A stretch of 64,000 nucleotides of DNA from Nitrososphaerota archaeon (GCA_011605725.1 JAAOZP010000014.1:32001-96000), one strand, 5' to 3'. Positions 9,445 through 19,290 are shown, counted from the first letter of the stretch. Translations and numbers: made by a program. The notes: generated from the letters alone by a model not told the origin.

Positions 9445-10050
9445 GACAGGTCGGTGAAGGTTACCCCGGAGGTCGCGTGGGGAGAAGGCAACTACGATGA
9501 AATGATTAGTCTGAAGTACGAGCCCGAGTTCGAAATTATCGAGCATGATAGTAGCGTCACGCTGAAGGATGTCCTTATAATGAAATACAAAGATGCGGAG
9601 GGCGAGCATTTAACGATACGTGGCATAAACGAAAAGGTTCCAAAAAGCGCACTTGATAAACCTGAGCACTTCATAGCGATGTACTATGAGAAAATGCGTT
9701 TCGAAGAAATGGGTGGAAAAATTACGAATGTAGAGTATCCGCATGAAGTATATACGAACTGCATCTTCGATTACGTGGGTGAATGGAAGGGTTATAAAAC
9801 GTATGTTGAAGTTAAGCACGGGTATGAAGGAGGTTCAGACGAGGAGTTAAAGAATCAGGCCAACAAGTATTTAAGCGTCGTAAAGGAGGAGGTTGCGAAA
9901 GGTGTTAATGCGATCCTTATGTATCGATTCTACGATGAGCCTCAGTCCCTGAATGCAAAAGCCCTCTTCGAGTATCTTAAAGAGCTTTATAAAAGCAATA
10001 GGGATGTGCTTAAGATTTTCATTAAGGGTGTTGAGTGGGCTGGAGGGTAG
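9445..10050 (+). CDS. PD-(D/E)xK toxin-like C-terminal domain 4 (open frame, start uncertain)
   Basis: Homology to copy 1 begins at DRSVKVT; IFDYVG...YVEVKHG; MYRFYDEP; IFIKGVEW. Confidence 0.65.
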   Translation, partial: DRSVKVTPEVAWGEGNYDEMISLKYEPEFEIIEHDSSVTLKDVLIMKYKDAEGEHLTIRGINEKVPKSALDKPEHFIAMYYEKMRFEEMGGKITNVEYPHEVYTNCIFDYVGEWKGYKTYVEVKHGYEGGSDEELKNQANKYLSVVKEEVAKGVNAILMYRFYDEPQSLNAKALFEYLKELYKSNRDVLKIFIKGVEWAGG

Positions 10051-10053
10051 AGA

Positions 10054-10658
10054 ATGACAACTTTCTCCCTACGCATAGAGATTTCGAGTAGGTGCTCACA
10101 AAGGGCCAGGACGGAGCTTCAGCAGATTGAGAGCGTGTGGTTCCACTGGAGCGATGTCAAGGCTCTCCAGCTCAAGGGCTTCAAATACATACCGATGATT
10201 ATTTACACGGGCGACCGCCTTCAAGACAGCCCATTGGAATACAAGGAATCGTTCATCGGCTCTCCTCTTAGCTTACCGCTTCCCTATTATGAGGAGATCT
10301 ACATGCTGTTTAACTCTATGAGGGAAAAATTGAAAGTGAGGATTGTGAGGGCAATAGAAGGAAGGGGGATGCGTGCGCTCTGGCCATGCGAGATACTGGA
10401 TTTGAAAGAGGTGCAGGACGAGATAAACCGTCTCGCGTCGCAGACTCTGCTCTCGAAGGAGGACCCCCAGGACATGGAGGTCGCCAAGAGGCTCTTTGGG
10501 CGCCCTCTCGGTAAAGAGCCAACACCCGAGGACATAAACCGCATAATAGATGGTACAAACTGGAGTGGCAAAAAGTTCGGCGACTTCTTCATGAAAGCCC
10601 TGGAATCCACAAGAAGTATCCTAAAGCAAGATTCTGGTTTAATCTCGAAGTATTATAG
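10054..10658 (+). pseudogene. Putative immunity protein, paralog 4, with 1-nt deletion near 10604
   Basis: CTGGAATCC versus CTGGAAATCC in paralog 3; the restored frame ends IHKKYPKARFWFNLEVL*. Confidence 0.7.
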
Positions 10659-10762
10659 AAGTGAAAGCAAATTGATGAGGAAAAGAGAATGTGCGTCCAT
10701 GCGAATGCTTCCCCCTGTAGGAACAGCACCTTTTACCCGAACGCTGAAAGATTTTTGTTGCC

Positions 10763-11710
10763 TCAGAATACTTTGCCAGCCTTCTCCAGGTTCTCCAAGC
10801 GCTGCCAGTTCCACTCAATCCAGTTCTTAAGCCTCTGCAATGTCTCCGCGTTCTTAGGATCAAGAAGATGCCTCATCATCCTTTGAATCTTAAGATATTC
10901 CTCAACCGGCGTAGGCTTCGAAACCCTATAGTTAATCCTAAGCTGACCGTCCTCAATCTCGTAAATCGGAAACAGCCGGGTCTCAACAGCCATCCTCGAA
11001 ACCTTGACCGTCAAATGAGGATCATAACGCCAGCCGAACTGGCACGGAGCAAGAACATGCAGAAACGCAGGACCCTGCTCACTATAGTTAACAGCCTTCC
11101 TAATCTTATTAACCATGTCACGCCAAAGCCACAGCGTCGCAGTAGCAGCATAAGGAATATGGTGCGAAGCAACAATAGCAATTAAATCCTTCTTGTTTTC
11201 CTGCTTACCTGGAATCACCTTCCCAGCAGGGCTCGTCGTGGTCGCAGCACCCAGAATAGATGCTCCTGACCTCTGAATGCCCGTATTCATGTATGCACAA
11301 TTATCATAACATAAATATATAATTTTATCTAATCTTTCTAGTGCTCCTGATATTGCTCCTAGTCCTATGTCGAATGTTGCGCCGTCTCCTCCGAGTGCTA
11401 TGACTGGTATTTTTCTTGCTCTTCCTTCTGCTGAGAGTTTTTCGAGTGCTGCTGCTATGCCTGCTGCTACTGGCGCGTTGTTCTGGAAGAGCACGTGGAC
11501 CCATGGTGTTTTCCACGCGGAGTACGGGTAGATTGTTGTTCCTACTTCTACGCAGCCTGTTGCGTTTACGATTATTGCTTCTGGTACGGCTAGTGTAATG
11601 ATTTTCGCGGTTATTGCTGGCCCGCATCCTGCGCATAGTCTGTGTCCCGGTCTGAATTTTGATTCTTCAGGTAGGTCGGATATTTTCGCCACTGGGTTTA
11701 GCTTGCTCAT
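10763..11710 (-). CDS. porB: Pyruvate/2-oxoacid:ferredoxin oxidoreductase beta subunit
   Basis: GHRLCAGC, GGDG TPP motif, YMNTGIQRS. Confidence 0.93.
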   Translation of the reverse strand: MSKLNPVAKISDLPEESKFRPGHRLCAGCGPAITAKIITLAVPEAIIVNATGCVEVGTTIYPYSAWKTPWVHVLFQNNAPVAAGIAAALEKLSAEGRARKIPVIALGGDGATFDIGLGAISGALERLDKIIYLCYDNCAYMNTGIQRSGASILGAATTTSPAGKVIPGKQENKKDLIAIVASHHIPYAATATLWLWRDMVNKIRKAVNYSEQGPAFLHVLAPCQFGWRYDPHLTVKVSRMAVETRLFPIYEIEDGQLRINYRVSKPTPVEEYLKIQRMMRHLLDPKNAETLQRLKNWIEWNWQRLENLEKAGKVF

Positions 11711-12903
11711 TCTCCTCTCACCCCGTAGAAATATGCTTTATCTGTCTTACCCTTGTCGGCAAGCTCTTTTCCTCGCTTATAGATGTCGATTACTCCTTGG
11801 GCGGGGATGTCTCTTCCCCCAAGGCCGTAAATGAAGTCTATCATTTTAACGTTGTAGTTCGGGTATAGTGTTGCAGTAATGTCTTCGTAAACTGGGCCTG
11901 CTCTCGCTCCTGGGCTCATCACTTTCTCCATGACGATTATCCTTTTGAATCTTGAGAATAATTGCTCAGCCTCTTTAACCGGCCAGGGCCTGTATTGGAG
12001 TATGCCTACCACGCCTACTTTTTCTCCTTTTTCCCTGAGGTTTTTGACTGCGTGTCTGGCTGTTCCGACGGTGCTTCCCATTGCTACTATGCAGGTTTCG
12101 GCGTCGCTCGTCATGTATTCTTTCAGCGGCCTGTAGTTTCTCCCGGAGATCTCGCCGTATTTTTTGAATACTTCCTGTATTACTTGCCTAGCGTTCTCCA
12201 TCGCCTCGTATTGTTGTCTTTTGAACTCGAAGTATGAGTCTTGGAGGGCTAGGACCCCGTAGCTCCTCGGGTTGTCCGGGTCTATCTTGGGCCCGGTTGT
12301 CCTTACTCCTAGGAATTCCTTGACGACGTCGTCGTTTAAAGCGTAGAAGTTTGTTATCGCGTGCGAGACTATGAAGCCGTCGTATGAGACGACTACTGGC
12401 AGTAGGACCCTGGGGTCTTCAGCGATTTTGAAAGCCATTATTGTCAGGTCGTAGGTTTCCTGCGCCTCCTCGCCGTTGAACATTATCCAGCCCGCGTCCC
12501 TCATTCCGAAGAAGTCCGAATGATCGTTGTGGATGTTTATCGGTGCTGAGAGTGCTCTTGCTGCGAGCGCCATTACTATTGGGAGTCTTAGCCCGGAGGC
12601 TGCGTAGAGTGCTTCCCACATGTATGCTAGTCCCTGGCTTGCTGTTGCTGTGAATGTTCTTGCTCCCGCTAATGAGGCTCCTATTACTGCTGAGAGGGCT
12701 GAGTGCTCGGACTCAACGTTTATATACTTGGCGTTCAGCTCGCCGTCGTTCACGTATCGTGAAAGGGTTTCTACGACGAATGTCTGCGGAGTTATCGGGT
12801 AGGCGCTTATGACGTCAACATTAGCCTGTTTGACAGCGTATGCTACAGCATCGTTCCCGGTCAGCGCGATCCTATGTTGTCTTGCTAATGCTTCAGCCAT
12901 CAT
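11707..12903 (-). CDS. porA: 2-oxoacid:ferredoxin oxidoreductase alpha subunit
   Basis: YPITP, ESEHSA, TATASQG, YGLGGRD. Confidence 0.93.
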   Translation of the reverse strand: MMAEALARQHRIALTGNDAVAYAVKQANVDVISAYPITPQTFVVETLSRYVNDGELNAKYINVESEHSALSAVIGASLAGARTFTATASQGLAYMWEALYAASGLRLPIVMALAARALSAPINIHNDHSDFFGMRDAGWIMFNGEEAQETYDLTIMAFKIAEDPRVLLPVVVSYDGFIVSHAITNFYALNDDVVKEFLGVRTTGPKIDPDNPRSYGVLALQDSYFEFKRQQYEAMENARQVIQEVFKKYGEISGRNYRPLKEYMTSDAETCIVAMGSTVGTARHAVKNLREKGEKVGVVGILQYRPWPVKEAEQLFSRFKRIIVMEKVMSPGARAGPVYEDITATLYPNYNVKMIDFIYGLGGRDIPAQGVIDIYKRGKELADKGKTDKAYFYGVRGE

Positions 12904-12904
12904 T

Positions 12905-13183
12905 CTAAATCTCCTCCGGAACCATTGTTATCGCCTTCTTTGGACATTCCTCGGCGCATATTCCGCAGCCCTTGCAATAGTCATAGTCTATCTTGACCTC
13001 GTTCCCCTTTCTGATTATCGCGGGCTCGGGGCAGTAGAGCCAACATATCAAGCATCTGACGCACTTCTCGTAGTCTATGACTGGTTTCTCAACCCTCCAG
13101 TTGCCTGTCTTATACTTCTCGCTCGTACCGCCGGCAACGCTTCCACCCAGGTCTATCTCTCTCCAGGTTACGGTTGTGCTCAT
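12905..13183 (-). CDS. porD: 2-oxoacid:ferredoxin oxidoreductase delta subunit
   Basis: KTGNWR..KP and two CxxCxxCxxxCP clusters. Confidence 0.93.
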   Translation of the reverse strand: MSTTVTWREIDLGGSVAGGTSEKYKTGNWRVEKPVIDYEKCVRCLICWLYCPEPAIIRKGNEVKIDYDYCKGCGICAEECPKKAITMVPEEI

Positions 13184-13755
13184 TGGGCCGCCACCTCCTC
13201 GTATCCCCTCTTAAGCATTTTCACATTAAGCTCTCCAACCCTGCCTGGGAACCTGTTTAAAAACAGTTTTTCAAGTGTCTCAAGCCTAACTATTCCCGTC
13301 AGCCTCACTAGTCCCCCTAGCACGGGCGTGTTGAAAACGTAGGCTCCGAAAACCTCTTTCGAGATTCTAGCGGCGTCGACTACGCCCAGAGTCTTAACGT
13401 TTAAACCAAGCTTCTTCTTCAAGTCTCCCGGGTTTTTAGCCGAGTTGACTACTGCGACACCCTCCGGTTTAAGACCAACGTAGACGCTTGGGTCCTCAGC
13501 CAAGTATGGGTCTATAACTGCCAGTATGTCTGGCTCGTATACTGATGAATGTATGTCTATAGGGTCTTCCGAGAAACGTGTGTAGCCTCTCACCGGTCCA
13601 CCTGTTCTCTCCGGGCCGAAATCCGGGAAAGTCTGAATGTTTTTGCCTTCTTCGAAGAGAGCCATGCCTATAAGCTGGTTTGCTAGAACAACTCCCTGGC
13701 CGCCCCTGCCGTGCCATCTTATTTCAACAATCCTGCTTGTTTTCACCATTCTCAT
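13180..13755 (-). CDS. porC: 2-oxoacid:ferredoxin oxidoreductase gamma subunit
   Basis: EIRWHGRGGQG, FGPERTGGP. Confidence 0.93.
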   Translation of the reverse strand: MRMVKTSRIVEIRWHGRGGQGVVLANQLIGMALFEEGKNIQTFPDFGPERTGGPVRGYTRFSEDPIDIHSSVYEPDILAVIDPYLAEDPSVYVGLKPEGVAVVNSAKNPGDLKKKLGLNVKTLGVVDAARISKEVFGAYVFNTPVLGGLVRLTGIVRLETLEKLFLNRFPGRVGELNVKMLKRGYEEVAAQ

Positions 13756-13917
13756 CAGCCCCGGGGAAGCTGGAAAACACTTACTTATACACTTTGCCCC
13801 AAATCTGGGTCTTTAAAGTGGAAAATGTTTAACCAACAGGATTTAACTCGACGGCTTTTAAGCTTTTTCAACGCCGATAGTGGTTAAATAGATGGCTTAA
13901 TCCTATTCTGCGTCTAA

Positions 13918-14814
13918 ATGTCTAAGAGGCCTCTGAGAATAGGTGTGGTAGGTGCTTTAACGATAGATGTTAACAGGAGCCGGGGAGGAGCCTACAGTTA
14001 CATGGGTGGTGGAGGATTCTACTCTTCACTCAGCCTTTCAAGAATGGGTGTTGAAACAGTTCTTTTCACAGCCTACGGACCGGATATGAACCAGGAGTGG
14101 GTGGAGAGTCTTAAAAAAAGAGGTATTAAGGTTTATGCTGTAGAGCTTGAAAGAAGCATCCTGTTTGAAAACGTTTACCAGGATTCCTCCAGGCTTCAGA
14201 AGGCTTCGGGCGAGCCCTCTAGAAAGATTTTCATCGACAGGAGTAGGCTTGCAGGTTTTGATGCTGTCCATGTTACGCCTGTTTTAAACGAGGTTGACCA
14301 AAGTGTTTTCAAAGAGCTTGAGGAAGCAGGCTGCAAGGTTTCTATTGACGCGCAAGGGTTCATCAGGACATGCGGTGTCGACGGGATTGTCCACCAGGTT
14401 AAGAGAATGCTTCCGGATGATGCTCTCAGCAGGGTGAACTATGTTCACATGAATGTTGACGAGCAGTTTTTCTTTCTGAACCATGATGTTAAGGAGCTTT
14501 TCGAAATCAACCCAGGGATGATTGTTGAATTGACTAATTCTGAACATGGTTCCATGGTTGTTTATAAGCATGGGTGTTTCTATATGCCTGTTTTCAGCGT
14601 TGAAACACTAGACCCGACTGGAGCAGGGGATGTTTACGCAGCTGTCTTCCTTGCGAAGCATCTTGAAACAGGAAGCCTAGTTGAGGCAAGCATTTACGCG
14701 TCAGCCTGTTCAAGCATTAAAGCGGAGAAAACAGGACCGTTCTTCGACTTTAACGTTAACGAGGTTGAAGACAGGGTTAGAAAGCTGAAGAGGCTTATTG
14801 AAAATTTATATTAG
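13918..14814 (+). CDS. PfkB-family carbohydrate/nucleoside kinase
   Basis: DPTGAGD motif, N-terminal G....D and GG. Confidence 0.88.
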   Translation: MSKRPLRIGVVGALTIDVNRSRGGAYSYMGGGGFYSSLSLSRMGVETVLFTAYGPDMNQEWVESLKKRGIKVYAVELERSILFENVYQDSSRLQKASGEPSRKIFIDRSRLAGFDAVHVTPVLNEVDQSVFKELEEAGCKVSIDAQGFIRTCGVDGIVHQVKRMLPDDALSRVNYVHMNVDEQFFFLNHDVKELFEINPGMIVELTNSEHGSMVVYKHGCFYMPVFSVETLDPTGAGDVYAAVFLAKHLETGSLVEASIYASACSSIKAEKTGPFFDFNVNEVEDRVRKLKRLIENLY

Positions 14815-14835
14815 TGTTCCTTAGGGTGAAGGCTG

Positions 14836-15363
14836 ATGAGCATACTGGGGAAAAGCGAGCTGCTGAAAATGGTGAGGAGACTGCCGATAATCCACCCGTT
14901 CGACGAGAAGTATATGGATGGAGACGGCTATGTTTTAACAGTGATGGAGGATGTTAAGCTTCAATACCTTGAGCATAAGAACGTTATTTCTAACGAGATA
15001 GTTTTCACGCCGCCGAACATTGTCGCACACCTTACTGCTAAAAGCCGTTACGGCAGAGCAGGCCTGTCTTTTTTAAACGCCGCCAAGGTTCACAGCGGCT
15101 TCGTCGGGAGGCTTGCACTGGAGATTGTGAACCTGAACAACGAGAGGGAGCCTGTAGTTGTTAAAAAGGGAGATCCTTTCATGCATATAGAGTTTATAAC
15201 CAGGGTTGGAGAACCCTCTCCATACGAAGGCGAGTATCAGTTTCAATACATGACCAGTGAGGAAATAAACTTCTACCTGCCGTATCTTAGAAAGGTTTTC
15301 AAGAAGGATTTTGAGACACTAGCGTTAAAGTGGAGGCTAAGGGAAAAGCTGAAAAACCAGTAG
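14836..15363 (+). CDS. dcd: dCTP deaminase/dUTPase-fold protein
   Basis: KSRYGRAGL, SGFVG.L.LEIVN, YEGEYQ.Q. Confidence 0.75.
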   Translation: MSILGKSELLKMVRRLPIIHPFDEKYMDGDGYVLTVMEDVKLQYLEHKNVISNEIVFTPPNIVAHLTAKSRYGRAGLSFLNAAKVHSGFVGRLALEIVNLNNEREPVVVKKGDPFMHIEFITRVGEPSPYEGEYQFQYMTSEEINFYLPYLRKVFKKDFETLALKWRLREKLKNQ

Positions 15364-15419
15364 CCAGCTTACACGTTAATCCTTATTAACCCAGCTCTGT
15401 TTCAAAAACAGTCTGCAGA

Positions 15420-17318
15420 ATGGGGTTTCTGGAGGAGGCTGAAAGAATAAGGATTCACGTGGACCAGGCGTTAGAGAAACTGGGTTTTACTGCTAGAGCG
15501 AGGGTTGAGGAGCCGCCTATCCCTGACCTCGGAGACCTAGCAACCCCTGTTGCATTCGACTTGGCTAGGAAACACGGTTGCAACCCGGTGGAGACAGCTG
15601 ACAGGATTATAGCAGCTATGGAGCTCAGCAGGCTGGAGGTTTTGAAGAGCGTTGAAAACGTGAACGGCTTCATAAATTTCCGTTTCGACCCGGTGAAGTA
15701 CTCTGTTAAAGTTGTGAACGAAGCTCTTTCTAAACGCTGGGATTACGGAAGGTTTCCTGTTGCCAGCAGGAGAATACTTATAGAGCATACGAATTCCAAC
15801 CCGAATAAGGCTCTGCACGTCGGAACCCTGAGGAATGCTGTCATAGGAGATGTTTTAGCTAGGCTTTTAAGGTTCCTGGGCCACGATGTGATGGTTGTAA
15901 ACTATATTGACGACAGTGGCTCCCAGGTTGCTGATAATATTCTTGCCCACTACTTTATGAAGATACCTATGGAGCCTCCGGATGGCATGAGGTTCGACGA
16001 GTACAGTGGAAGGGTTTATGCAGAGTACAGTGAGAAGATTGAGAAGAGTGGGGAGCTGAGAAAACTGAGAAGCGAGATAATAAGAAAGATTGAAGAAGGA
16101 GGGAATGAGCTGGCTGATTTCGCCAGGTTTTTCTCCGAGAAGGTTGTTGAATGCCAGCTTGAAACAGCGTGGAACTTCAAAATATTTTACGACTTGCTAA
16201 ACTGGGAGACCGACGTGTTGAGGTCAGGAATATTCGAATGGGCTATGAACGAGTTGAGAAGCAGGGGTGAAGCCTACGTGGAGGAGGAGGGTGAAAACAA
16301 GGGGTGTTTAATGATTAGGCTTAGGGATGTTGAGGAGTTCAGCAGGCTTAAGGCGCCTGACGAGGTTCTCGTAAGGTCAGACGGCACAGCCACCTATGTT
16401 GGAAAGGATATTGCTTACGCAGCGTGGAAACTCGGTTTAACGCCGAGAAGGTTTATGGTGAGGAAATGGGTTGAGCAGCCGAATGGAAGACTCCTTTTAA
16501 CGACGCACTGGGATGGAGAGGAATACGATTACCCTGGGGCAGACTTAGCGATAACGATTGTGGACAAGAGGCAGGAATACCCGCAGAAAGTTGTTGAGCA
16601 TGCTTTGAGAAAGCTTGGAGCCCCACCTGGGAAAAAATACCTCCCGTATCTCTATGAGGTTGTCGCCCTCTCCGGTGAGACGGCGAGCGAGCTGACGGGG
16701 ATTGAGGGGTTGAAGGAGAAAAGGATGGTTCACATGTCCGGTAGGAAAGGAATAGTTTTCAACGCTAACGATCTTCTCAAGACTGTTTTTCAGAAGGTTT
16801 ACGAGGAGACCCGGAGGAGAAACCCGTCTAAGGATGAGGAGTGGATTAGGAGTGTGAGCACTCATCTCAGCGTTGCATCCATAAGGTACTCGCTATTCAA
16901 GACCGATAAGAATAACATAATAGTTTTCGACGTTAGGGACGCCACTAGGCTTGAGGGCGACACAGCACCGTATCTTCAATACACCTATGCGCGAGCATGC
17001 AGAATACTTGAGAAAGCAAGCGTCGACGTGAACAGTGTGTCCGAGGTCTTCTTCAACACTCCTGAGGAGCTGAGCCTAGTTAGGCAAGTAGGCAAATTCT
17101 CATGGGTTTTAAACATTGCTAGTGAAACACTAGCACTAAACATTATCGCAGTATACATGAGGCATCTTGCAGACATGTTCAACAGTTTCTACGAGAAATG
17201 CCCCGTGATAACAGGCGGGGACATTAGAATGGATAGGCTGGCGCTGGTTAAAGCTTTCGTGATAACCATGGGCAACGCGTTTGAGATAACGGGTATTGAG
17301 AAGCTGAATGAAGTTTAA
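15420..17318 (+). CDS. argS: Arginine--tRNA ligase
   Basis: EHTNSNPNKALHVG, MSGRKG, GDTAPYLQYTYAR. Confidence 0.96.
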   Translation: MGFLEEAERIRIHVDQALEKLGFTARARVEEPPIPDLGDLATPVAFDLARKHGCNPVETADRIIAAMELSRLEVLKSVENVNGFINFRFDPVKYSVKVVNEALSKRWDYGRFPVASRRILIEHTNSNPNKALHVGTLRNAVIGDVLARLLRFLGHDVMVVNYIDDSGSQVADNILAHYFMKIPMEPPDGMRFDEYSGRVYAEYSEKIEKSGELRKLRSEIIRKIEEGGNELADFARFFSEKVVECQLETAWNFKIFYDLLNWETDVLRSGIFEWAMNELRSRGEAYVEEEGENKGCLMIRLRDVEEFSRLKAPDEVLVRSDGTATYVGKDIAYAAWKLGLTPRRFMVRKWVEQPNGRLLLTTHWDGEEYDYPGADLAITIVDKRQEYPQKVVEHALRKLGAPPGKKYLPYLYEVVALSGETASELTGIEGLKEKRMVHMSGRKGIVFNANDLLKTVFQKVYEETRRRNPSKDEEWIRSVSTHLSVASIRYSLFKTDKNNIIVFDVRDATRLEGDTAPYLQYTYARACRILEKASVDVNSVSEVFFNTPEELSLVRQVGKFSWVLNIASETLALNIIAVYMRHLADMFNSFYEKCPVITGGDIRMDRLALVKAFVITMGNAFEITGIEKLNEV

Positions 17319-17344
17319 ATAAGCCCTGTGTTAAACTTTCAAAG

Positions 17345-17420
17345 GGGCCCGTGGCCAAGCCAGGATAAAGGCGTCGGCCTGCGGAGCCGGAGATCCTGGG
17401 TTCAAATCCCAGCGGGCCCG
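17345..17420 (+). tRNA. tRNA-Arg(GCG)
   Basis: Cloverleaf; TCGGC-CTGCGGA-GCCGG anticodon arm. Confidence 0.95.
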
Positions 17421-17506
17421 TTCTGCAAATTTCAAGCTGTCTGTCTGCGTAGCACGCTACGCTTAAAAGTCTTATTAAAAATTATAATGGGGGATGAACG
17501 CGCGCG

Positions 17507-17760
17507 TCAATAATCCTTTTGCAGCCATAGTCTCTGAGAAGCGCGTATAAGAAATCTACATCATAATCATGGCTTCCCCAAATTCTATCGTACAGCTTTG
17601 CCTCCAGGTTGAAAACATCTTTGAGTTTCAACTTGCTCCTCTACTCTAATCTTCGAGACGCTTGACGTTAATCTTTTTTCACGTTGCAAAAGCCTTCTCC
17701 AACGTCTTGCAAGCAGCTTCAACAAGGACTGTTTTCCCCACTGTCCTCCAGGAGCTTTAG
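17507..17760 (-). pseudogene. Decayed gene fragment, possibly a P-loop NTPase
   Basis: Broken frames reading VGKTVLVEAAC and DVDFLYALLRDYGCKRIID. Confidence 0.3.
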
Positions 17761-17850
17761 GGTTGAACAACTCGAGCGATAATATTCGCTTAACGAGTAA
17801 ATGTTCACAAGCAATCTTTAACTATCTGTTTAAGCGAACCGTAAACAAGA

Positions 17851-18726
17851 ATGGGCTTGTATACTCGCTCCGGAAAACCTCTTGTAAGCAGGGTTGCCTG
17901 CGACGGGAACCTGAAGAAATCTGTTGAACAAGCTGTCTCCCTCATCGGGGGGTTTGACAAGCTTGTTGAGAAAGATGACACAGTCCTTCTGAAGCCTAAT
18001 TATAATACTGCCGACCAGTTCCCAGGCTCGAGCGACCCTGAGTTCATAAAGTGCATTATTGAACTGCTTTACGAGGCGGGAGCGGCGAGAGTCATTCTGG
18101 GGGAGCGGACGGCTTTTCTCCACAGCTGGAAGGTTTTGAAGCAAGCAGGCATCGTCAGGATTGCTGAAGAAGCAGGGGCCGAGGTTAAAGTATTCGGGAA
18201 AGACGGTTGGCGAACAGTATTCGACACGGCCGGATGGCGGCGTGTCGAGGTTAAGGGAGGGCGATACCTGCGAAAAGTCTCACTTGCTAGGGAAGTGCTG
18301 GAGGCAGAGAAGGTGGTTTACGCTCCACTTATTAAAACGCATCACGCTGCAGACTTCACAGGGTCGATCAAGCTTGCAATGGGCTTCGTCAAACCGTTTT
18401 TCGACCAAATCACGTTCCACATGAGGCACCTCCGGGAGAAGCTTGCGGAACTAAGCTTGGTGGTGAAGCCCGGCTTGATCATCATGGATGCGAGAAGAGT
18501 TTTCATAACTGGGGGGCCTGCTAGAGGCACGTTGCGCGAGCCAAACCTGATACTTGCTTCAGGCAATCAAGTGGCAATAGACGTGGAGGGCGTGAAGATA
18601 CTGCAAAGCTACCCTGGAAACAGTCTGGAGGGCAGAAACGTGTGGAGTCTAGAACAGATTAAGCATTCGGTGGAGCTTGGGCTTGGCCCACGTAGCGAGG
18701 AGGAATATGAGCTAGTAACTTCTTAA
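17851..18726 (+). CDS. DUF362 domain protein
   Basis: VLLKPN, P.IKTH....TGSIK..MG, VAID. Confidence 0.85.
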   Translation: MGLYTRSGKPLVSRVACDGNLKKSVEQAVSLIGGFDKLVEKDDTVLLKPNYNTADQFPGSSDPEFIKCIIELLYEAGAARVILGERTAFLHSWKVLKQAGIVRIAEEAGAEVKVFGKDGWRTVFDTAGWRRVEVKGGRYLRKVSLAREVLEAEKVVYAPLIKTHHAADFTGSIKLAMGFVKPFFDQITFHMRHLREKLAELSLVVKPGLIIMDARRVFITGGPARGTLREPNLILASGNQVAIDVEGVKILQSYPGNSLEGRNVWSLEQIKHSVELGLGPRSEEEYELVTS

Positions 18727-18811
18727 GGCTTAACGTTTCAAGTGTCGCTTGCTATTTGTATTCTCTGAATTCCGGAAGCCTTATATTTCATTACTATTCC
18801 AAATGTTGCTT

Positions 18812-19290
18812 ATTGTCGATAGAAATCTGCGAGTATGGGGCTCAGGACGTTGATGACTCGTTAAAGCAATTATGGTTAAGCTTGACCCTGTGAAATGTTT
18901 AATGTTGAGCGTTTCATACTGCCTTCGGAAGAGAATGCTGACAAATGGATTCGTTTTACCCGTGGCAGCTTAGCAAGTGGGAAAAGCTTCCTTTTAGTGG
19001 CGAAGACCAGCAATAAACCCGTAGGGTTTGCGAAGGGCTCTGTCCCAGAGTATCTTCTCGAGGTTTCAGAACACTTCAGCACTACAGATGATTATACGTG
19101 TTGCCGGAGTTCCGTGGAAGAGGCGTGGGCAGGAAGCTGGTTGTTGAAAGCTTGAAAACTCTGAAGGCTAGGGGGCGTGAAAGCAGTTAGGCTTAACGTT
19201 TTGAAAGAGAACAAGGCAGCGGTTAAGCTTTACAGGAGGCTTGGTTTCAAAACCCGTAATTATGGTATGGAGAAAACCTTTAGAAAATAG
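18812..19290 (+). pseudogene. GNAT acetyltransferase pseudogene (about three frameshifts)
   Basis: LYVLPEFRGRGVGRKL and VRLNVLKENKAAVKLYRRLGF lie in different frames. Confidence 0.85.

Noticed and set aside
5953-10658. Diversity-generating retroelement as the source of the repeated, variable paralogs
   Set aside because: No reverse transcriptase in the window, and the differences are block replacements and indels rather than adenine-specific substitutions
10659-10830. C-terminal extension of the 258-aa ORF
   Set aside because: Produced by a one-base deletion and overlaps porB on the opposite strand
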